Assembly: GCA_965279375.1 (NCBI GenBank)
Contig: OZ257156.1
Coordinates: 480,001-544,000 of the forward strand
Direction of reading: 5' to 3'
DNA length: 64,000 nt
Source of the DNA: Gemmatimonas sp.
Lineage (GTDB): Bacteria; Gemmatimonadota; Gemmatimonadetes; Gemmatimonadales; Gemmatimonadaceae
This document shows positions 58,030-64,000 of this stretch, piece by piece (positions within the stretch are counted from its first letter, which is position 1; each line of letters begins with the position of its first letter). The notes below the pieces were generated by a model. It was not told where the DNA came from, did no database searches, and was given only the letters and a program-made list of their open reading frames with translations. Made by a program: the position numbers and the translations under genes.

Positions 58030-60369
58030 TCACCCGCTGGTGCCGAACTGGCGGGTGAACTTGACGAACAGCGTCCGCTGCTGCGGGCGCACCCAATCGA
58101 AGAACCCGCGCGCCTCGCGCCCGTCGTTGAGCACCACGAACAGCCCCGTGCCGGCGGTGTTGAGCCAGCCGAAGCGCACGTTCGCCGACCAGATGCTCGC
58201 CTGATTGTTGTACTGCGTCAGCGTCTGGACGAACACCCGCGGCGAGAAGAAGTAGTTGAGCCGCACTGCCTGCAACGAGCTCCGGAAATTCCCCTGCGGG
58301 AGCCGCACGTCGTTGTAGTCAGCGGTGAACGATCCGGAGAACGTCGCGCCACGACGCAGTGTGATCGTGCCACTGCCACCGCTGCGATTTCCCGTCCAGA
58401 ACTGACCGAAGTCGAAGCGACCAGTCGCCGACAGCGCTTCGCTCGGATCGGTGGTGTAGTCGAAGCCGAACGTACCCCAGTCGTACGAACCAACCGGAAT
58501 CACGACGCCCGGTGCGATCGTGAACGGCTGCTGCAGTCCTTCGTGCGAGATGTTGTACTCGGGACCGAACTTGGTGCTGTTGGCGAGTTCGATTTCCGTG
58601 AGGTCGAGGTGCCAGTAGCCGGTCTGATAGAAGTTGTCCTTCAGGCCCTCAAAACGGCGATAGCTGATGTGCGGATTCCATTGGCGAAACCACGCCCACT
58701 CCGGCTTTCGCACGAGGCGCATCACGGTGGCATCGTACGCGCGGTAGCCACCCGGCCGGCTCATGAAGCCAACTTCGGGATTGAAGTCGTCGCCGACCTG
58801 CGCGATGCGCGCGTTGTGGTTCCACACGTTCGTCTGATAGGCTACGCGTGCACTCATCGCATTGTCGTCGCCCTCACGTCCGGGCGTCGTCGTGCGCGCC
58901 GCCCAGAGATCGCTGGTCCATCGCTGACCAAATCCGAGGCGGCTGTCGATGGCGAAGGTGCGGTTGACATCGCCAGCGTCCTTGGTGGACATGCGCTGCA
59001 CGACCATCGCGCCCAGCCGTGAACGCGCGCCCAGCTCACGCGTGACACGTCCCACGCTGAACGACTGGCCTTCGGAGTTCTCGTCCGGGGCATCGGTGAC
59101 CATCTGCAGCAAGCCAACAGTGGTTCCGCCGACGCGCCCACTGAGTCGTCCGCCACCGAGAATCGGCTGTGCCGTGCCGTTGCTGGCGATGCCGATGCGT
59201 CGCGTGAAGAAGAGGTCCACGGCCTGCGGCGTTCCAGCGGAGAAGGTGCCCGCGTTTTCCAGAAAGAACGGGCGCTTCTCCGGAAAGAAGACCGGGAAGC
59301 GCGTCAGGTTCACGCGTTGATCGTCGACTTCCACCTGCGCGAAGTCGGTGTTGTACGTGAGGTCGAGCGTGAGCGCTGGCGTCACGCCGTACTTGATCTC
59401 GCCACCCACTTCGGTGGGGTACGTGGACTTGGCGATCTTGTTGGGCCACGTGCGCTGCGCCGACGTGAGCACATAGGGCGTGACCGTCTGGATACGACGC
59501 GTGGGGACGTTCAGTCCGGCGAGCTGTCCGGCCAGCGAGAGACGATAAAGGTTGAACTGTCGCGGAATGAACGCCCAATACAGCTCTTCGTTCTTTCGGC
59601 GAATCAAGCGCGTGACGTTGAGCCCCCACGTCTGCTCGGTGCCGCCCGCCTGATAGCGAAGCGTGGAGTAGGGAATGCGGAACTCTGCCGTCCAGCCCAG
59701 TGAATCGATGTGCGTCGCGACTTTCCAGCTCGCATCCCAATTCACGTTGAAGCCGCCCATCGCTCCGGCCTGCATGCGATTCTGTCCCGCAACGGAAGCG
59801 CCACCACCTTCGCCTTCACGGATCACCTGCCCATCGTACTCCACGCCGGCGGGTGTGGTCGCAAAAACGAATCCATTCTGTCGATCATGATACGTGTCGA
59901 AGATGAGCGCGATGTGATCGCTGTTTGCCAGCTGCACGTCGCGAATCTGCTCGCCCGGCACGATGAGCTGCGGCTCGCGGTCGAACATGCGCGCGCCGAT
60001 GTACAGATAGAGTCCGTCGGTGGCAAGGCGAACCTCCGTGCGCTCCGACGCGGGCACGCCTTCGTTCATCTCGCGCTGCACGAAGTCCGTGATGGGCGTG
60101 CCGGTGCGCCACAGCTCCTCGTCGAGTCGACCGTCGATTGTGGGCGTCGTGGTGATCTTGATCGCCCGGGCGATGGGCATCGGCTTGGCGCGCGCGGCGC
60201 GAGCGAACGAATCGGCCGCCGCGGCATCGAGGCGCGTCGGAGAGGCCACTCGGGCTGGCTGCGCCGACAGATGCGCCGGAGCAAGCACGACCCCTGCGAA
60301 CAGCATCAGCGTGCACCCGGTCACTGTGCGCACCATGGCACGAGCTGCAGTACGAAACACGGTCATCAT
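58030..60369 (-). CDS. CBM9-like plus DUF5916 outer-membrane protein (second paralog)
   Basis: PTIDGRLDE..W, WTAEFRIP, TYNTDFAQVEVD, FPEKRPFFLEN and FFTRRIG motifs. Confidence 0.88.
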   Translation of the reverse strand: MMTVFRTAARAMVRTVTGCTLMLFAGVVLAPAHLSAQPARVASPTRLDAAAADSFARAARAKPMPIARAIKITTTPTIDGRLDEELWRTGTPITDFVQREMNEGVPASERTEVRLATDGLYLYIGARMFDREPQLIVPGEQIRDVQLANSDHIALIFDTYHDRQNGFVFATTPAGVEYDGQVIREGEGGGASVAGQNRMQAGAMGGFNVNWDASWKVATHIDSLGWTAEFRIPYSTLRYQAGGTEQTWGLNVTRLIRRKNEELYWAFIPRQFNLYRLSLAGQLAGLNVPTRRIQTVTPYVLTSAQRTWPNKIAKSTYPTEVGGEIKYGVTPALTLDLTYNTDFAQVEVDDQRVNLTRFPVFFPEKRPFFLENAGTFSAGTPQAVDLFFTRRIGIASNGTAQPILGGGRLSGRVGGTTVGLLQMVTDAPDENSEGQSFSVGRVTRELGARSRLGAMVVQRMSTKDAGDVNRTFAIDSRLGFGQRWTSDLWAARTTTPGREGDDNAMSARVAYQTNVWNHNARIAQVGDDFNPEVGFMSRPGGYRAYDATVMRLVRKPEWAWFRQWNPHISYRRFEGLKDNFYQTGYWHLDLTEIELANSTKFGPEYNISHEGLQQPFTIAPGVVIPVGSYDWGTFGFDYTTDPSEALSATGRFDFGQFWTGNRSGGSGTITLRRGATFSGSFTADYNDVRLPQGNFRSSLQAVRLNYFFSPRVFVQTLTQYNNQASIWSANVRFGWLNTAGTGLFVVLNDGREARGFFDWVRPQQRTLFVKFTRQFGTSG

Positions 60370-60397
60370 GAAGGATCTATAGAGAGATTCGCGAGAA

Positions 60398-62050
60398 TCA
60401 GTGGAGGAACGTGTTGGCCATCAACATGCGTGCGACATCATCGGGAAGCTCACCCGTCAATTCCCACCGCAGCAGCGACGCCGGGATGAGTCCTGCGCGC
60501 TCGACATCGCGCATGAACAGATCCATGCGGAACGTTTCGCCCTGCTGCTGCTTGCGGCGTTGCAGCGTGCGCTCGAGATCCATCTTGCCAATCAGGTAGC
60601 TGATCCCGTAGCCCGGCTGCTGCAAGTACAGGTGCTGCTCGAACCACACCAAACCACCGCCGGCACGCAACCAGCCACGCGGCGTGTTGGCTACTGCGAA
60701 CTCCGCGGCCTGCGTGACCGGCCGCTGCTGCCCATGCATCAAGAGTTCTCCGAGCGCACGCGCGGCGCGTTGCGCGACGAGCACGTAGATCAACTCACGA
60801 CTGCGCGGACTCGCATCGAATAGCCCTGCCTGCAGCATCATCTCTTCCCACGCGGTCGCGAGTCCTTCGGTGCGCGTGTTGAAGATGTTGTAGAGCAGGA
60901 TGGACGACCGCACAGGACTGGCGTTCGGCTCGCGCACGATACGCTCCATATCGATCCAGTGGTAGCCGTGCGTGCGCATCACGACCGGATCACGATAGTC
61001 CACTTCGGTGAAGAACTCGCGCGGCCCCGGCGAAAAGCCGCCGACGCGTGCGCGCAGGGCTGGCGCCATCCAGTCTCGCACCTCGAGGATCTGGTGGCTG
61101 CGCAACCACGCTACGTACGCATCCACCGCTGCGGGGAAGCGTGCCGCATGCTCGGCGGCGCTTGCCACGGGCACGAGCGGCGGGAGAGCGGCGTTGCGCT
61201 GCTCTTCGAGCGCGAGGAATGCGTGGGCGCGCCCCAACTCGCGCTCGAGCAGCGTGCGCGTCTCGCGATAGGTGAGCGGCACCAACTGCACGTTGCGCAG
61301 ATACCAGTCGTAGTTCGCTTCACCGATCCCGGACGGTCCACGCTTGCCGGCCGACTGCGCGGCCACCCACGCAGCGAAATCACGGGTCGCGTTGCGCGCG
61401 TTACGGGCTGCAACGGCCAGCGCACTTGTCGTGTCGCCGGTGCGCGCTATCACACTCGCCAGCGCGGCGTCCTGCTCCTTGAATGCGTTCGAGGCGTACT
61501 CCCACAAGTCATGCCGGTTGCCGACGAGATTGCGGCGCGCCTGTGCGAGCAACGGCGCGACACGCGTGAGCCCCGCAGTGATCGTCGCAGCGTCCGCCGC
61601 CGAGAGCGGCTGCGCGTACTTCCAGAGCTCCAGCGATCCCTCCGCCTGCGGCCCTTCGCGGCGCGGCTGGTCACTCTGATCGGCAAAGACGGTCACGTAG
61701 AACGCGGGGTTCTCGGCCCACGGGCGCAGCACCCGGTGATCGAACTCCAGCCCGTTCATCTCTGCGCGCACCAACTGCCAGTCGATCTGCTGCGCAATCG
61801 ACCATCCGGTGGTGTCGATCGCGCGCAGGCGTGCCTGCATCCGCGGCAGCGCGGCACGCTGCGCGGCCATCGCGCCGGCCGTGTAGTCGGGTACGCCCTG
61901 CACGAGTCGTGGCTGCTGAAATTTGCGCCAGTCGCGAAAGAGTGTCGCCAGCGACTCCGCTGGGAGCGCCAACGCCGGTGCACTGGCCATCAACGAGAGC
62001 AGGATGCTCAGCGTGACCGGATGTCTGAACGGTCGCAAGATCGAACGCAT
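60398..62050 (-). CDS. DUF885-like exported protein
   Basis: W..NP.FY, GIG...Y, EG.A..WE, QRAAR and YLQQPGYG.SYLIGK motifs. Start ATG 62050. Confidence 0.75.
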   Translation of the reverse strand: MRSILRPFRHPVTLSILLSLMASAPALALPAESLATLFRDWRKFQQPRLVQGVPDYTAGAMAAQRAALPRMQARLRAIDTTGWSIAQQIDWQLVRAEMNGLEFDHRVLRPWAENPAFYVTVFADQSDQPRREGPQAEGSLELWKYAQPLSAADAATITAGLTRVAPLLAQARRNLVGNRHDLWEYASNAFKEQDAALASVIARTGDTTSALAVAARNARNATRDFAAWVAAQSAGKRGPSGIGEANYDWYLRNVQLVPLTYRETRTLLERELGRAHAFLALEEQRNAALPPLVPVASAAEHAARFPAAVDAYVAWLRSHQILEVRDWMAPALRARVGGFSPGPREFFTEVDYRDPVVMRTHGYHWIDMERIVREPNASPVRSSILLYNIFNTRTEGLATAWEEMMLQAGLFDASPRSRELIYVLVAQRAARALGELLMHGQQRPVTQAAEFAVANTPRGWLRAGGGLVWFEQHLYLQQPGYGISYLIGKMDLERTLQRRKQQQGETFRMDLFMRDVERAGLIPASLLRWELTGELPDDVARMLMANTFLH

Positions 62051-62185
62051 GTCTGGGCGCATCACGGGGCGAGGACTGCCGGCGCGGCCGAGTGGTCGCA
62101 CGGCGACAAAACAGGACGATTTGTCGTCGCCAAATGGAGCGTCCATCGAGGCTACAGGGAAGAGTCTCCCCCGCACCGCCACCAA

Positions 62186-64000
62186 CTACGCCCGGTCGAG
62201 CACCTGACGCACCTTACGCAGCAGCGACGAGGGCGTGTACGGCTTCTGCAGGAACGCCACTTCAGCCTGCAGGATGCCGTGGCGCACCACCGTGTCGTCG
62301 GTGTAGCCGCTCATGAAGAGCGTGTGCATGCTCGGGTGCAGCACACGCAGATGCTCGGCGAGCTGTCGCCCGTTCATTCCCGGCATCACGACGTCGGTCA
62401 GCAGCATGTCGACCGGCCCGTGATGCTTGTCGAGGATTCGTAACGCGTCCGCGCCATCTTCGGCAGCAATGACGGTGTACCCCTGCGATTCGAGGGCGAG
62501 CAGCGCGATGGCGCGTACGCCCGCTTCGTCTTCCACGAGAAGAATCGTCTCCGTGCCACGTGCCGTGACGCTCGGCGTGCCGACACGGGGCGTCGCGACG
62601 TTCGACGGCGAGTCGGCCTCCGGCAGGTAGATCTTGATCGTGGTCCCGATGCCGGGTTCCGAGTATGCACCGATCTGTCCGTTGCTCTGTCTGATGATGC
62701 CGTGCACCACCGAGAGACCGAGACCCGTGCCACGCCCCACGCCCTTGGTCGTGAAGAAGGGCTCGAAGATCTTTGCGCGCACATCCGGCGACATGCCGGT
62801 GCCGTTGTCGGTGACGGCGATGAGGACGTGACGGCCCGCGCAGACTTCCACGTGCGTGTTGACGTAGGCCTCGTCGAGTTCGATGGAACGCGTCTCGATC
62901 GTGAGTCGACCACCGTCGGGCAGCGCGTCGCGCGCATTGACCGCGAGGTTCATAAGAATCTGCCCCAGTTGATGCGGATCGACGCGCACCGGACTCACCT
63001 CAGGATCGAGCACTGTCGTGAGCAGCACGTCCTCGCCGATCACGCGTCGCAGCATGAGCTCCGTGTCGCGCACGACGTCGTTCACATTGAGAACGCGCGG
63101 TTCGAGGACCGCTTGGCGGCTGAAGGACAGCAACTGCCGAGTGAGTCCCGCCGCGCGCTCACCTGCGTCGCTGATGGCCACCACCGACGGCCGTAGCGTG
63201 TCGTCCGCCGTCATGGACGACAGCAACAGTTCGCTGTAGCCGGAAATGACGGTGAGCAGGTTGTTGAAGTCGTGGGCGACACCGCCAGCGAGCTGGCCGA
63301 CTGCCTCCATCTTTTGCGACTGGTGCAGCTGCTCTTGCAGTCTCCGCTGCTCCGTGATGTCGATCATCACTCCGACCCATTCGAGGAGCCGACCATCGGA
63401 GTCCTGCAGCGGATACCCTCGCATCGTCACGTGGCGATACTGGCCATCGGCGCGTTGCACGCGGAAGGAATCGACGAACGGCGTCTGGCGATCGAGTGCC
63501 TCGAGAAATGCCGAGCGCACGAGCTGCCGCGCCTCGGGATGGATGCGCTGCGTCCACTCCAGTCCCGAAGCGAGTTCACCGAGATCGCCTGTGTACATGG
63601 ACCAGGCGGGCGTCGAACGGAAATTGGCCCCGGTTGGCGCGCAGCTCCACACCACCGCAGACATCGCATCCACAATCGTGCGATAGCGCACTTCGCTGAG
63701 CTGCGCTTGGCGACTCACGCGCTGCAGTTCGGCGGTGCGCTCTTCGACCCGCTGCTCGAGCACGATGTGACTTTCGCGCAACGCATCTTCCGTGCGCTTC
63801 CGTTCAGTCAGGTCACGCGTAACCTTGGCGAATCCGGTCAATTCACCGTCCGCACTCTTCACGGCGGTGATGACCACGCTGGCCCAGAGCGGGGTGCCAT
63901 CCTTCCGTACGCGCCACCCTTCCTCTTCGTAGCGACCCACTGTCGCGGCGATGTGCAATGCTCTCGCCGGCTTGTTGATCGCGCGGTCTGCTTCGGTATA
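62186..64000 (-). CDS. PAS hybrid histidine kinase with receiver domain (5' end beyond window)
   Basis: [12 protein letters not shown] motif, [35 protein letters not shown], receiver domain. Confidence 0.93.
   Translation of the reverse strand, partial: YTEADRAINKPARALHIAATVGRYEEEGWRVRKDGTPLWASVVITAVKSADGELTGFAKVTRDLTERKRTEDALRESHIVLEQRVEERTAELQRVSRQAQLSEVRYRTIVDAMSAVVWSCAPTGANFRSTPAWSMYTGDLGELASGLEWTQRIHPEARQLVRSAFLEALDRQTPFVDSFRVQRADGQYRHVTMRGYPLQDSDGRLLEWVGVMIDITEQRRLQEQLHQSQKMEAVGQLAGGVAHDFNNLLTVISGYSELLLSSMTADDTLRPSVVAISDAGERAAGLTRQLLSFSRQAVLEPRVLNVNDVVRDTELMLRRVIGEDVLLTTVLDPEVSPVRVDPHQLGQILMNLAVNARDALPDGGRLTIETRSIELDEAYVNTHVEVCAGRHVLIAVTDNGTGMSPDVRAKIFEPFFTTKGVGRGTGLGLSVVHGIIRQSNGQIGAYSEPGIGTTIKIYLPEADSPSNVATPRVGTPSVTARGTETILLVEDEAGVRAIALLALESQGYTVIAAEDGADALRILDKHHGPVDMLLTDVVMPGMNGRQLAEHLRVLHPSMHTLFMSGYTDDTVVRHGILQAEVAFLQKPYTPSSLLRKVRQVLDRA

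Overview
High-GC bacterial chromosome segment, about 50 densely packed CDS. The gene inventory (SusC/SusD pair, Hanks kinase-TolB-like-TPR protein, DUF5916, DUF885, PEP-CTERM protein, many signal-peptide amidohydrolases) suggests Gemmatimonadota; this is inference, no search was run. The left half is dominated by exported peptidases and amidohydrolases (Met-zincin, M28, M61-like, S9, DUF2268) around a SusC/SusD locus with no CAZymes. The window also holds a MbnH/MauG-like di-haem enzyme, a vapBC-type toxin-antitoxin pair, a collapsed kup pseudogene, a DUF3494 ice-binding PEP-CTERM protein, icd, speB, a SulP/carbonic anhydrase pair and two PAS hybrid kinases. I found no rRNA, tRNA, CRISPR array, transposase or integrase. 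Best leads: a stand-alone TonB plug-domain lipoprotein and a ~300-nt structured leader ahead of susCD; a MbnH-like enzyme with no MbnP, paired with a Cys-less molybdopterin-fold protein; a membrane pseudokinase coupled to a methyltransferase; an M61-like protein with HHxxH in place of HExxH; and recurring RGG/Gly-rich inserts in exported enzymes. Family calls come from motif recognition by eye, and many start codons were re-chosen relative to the ORF track.
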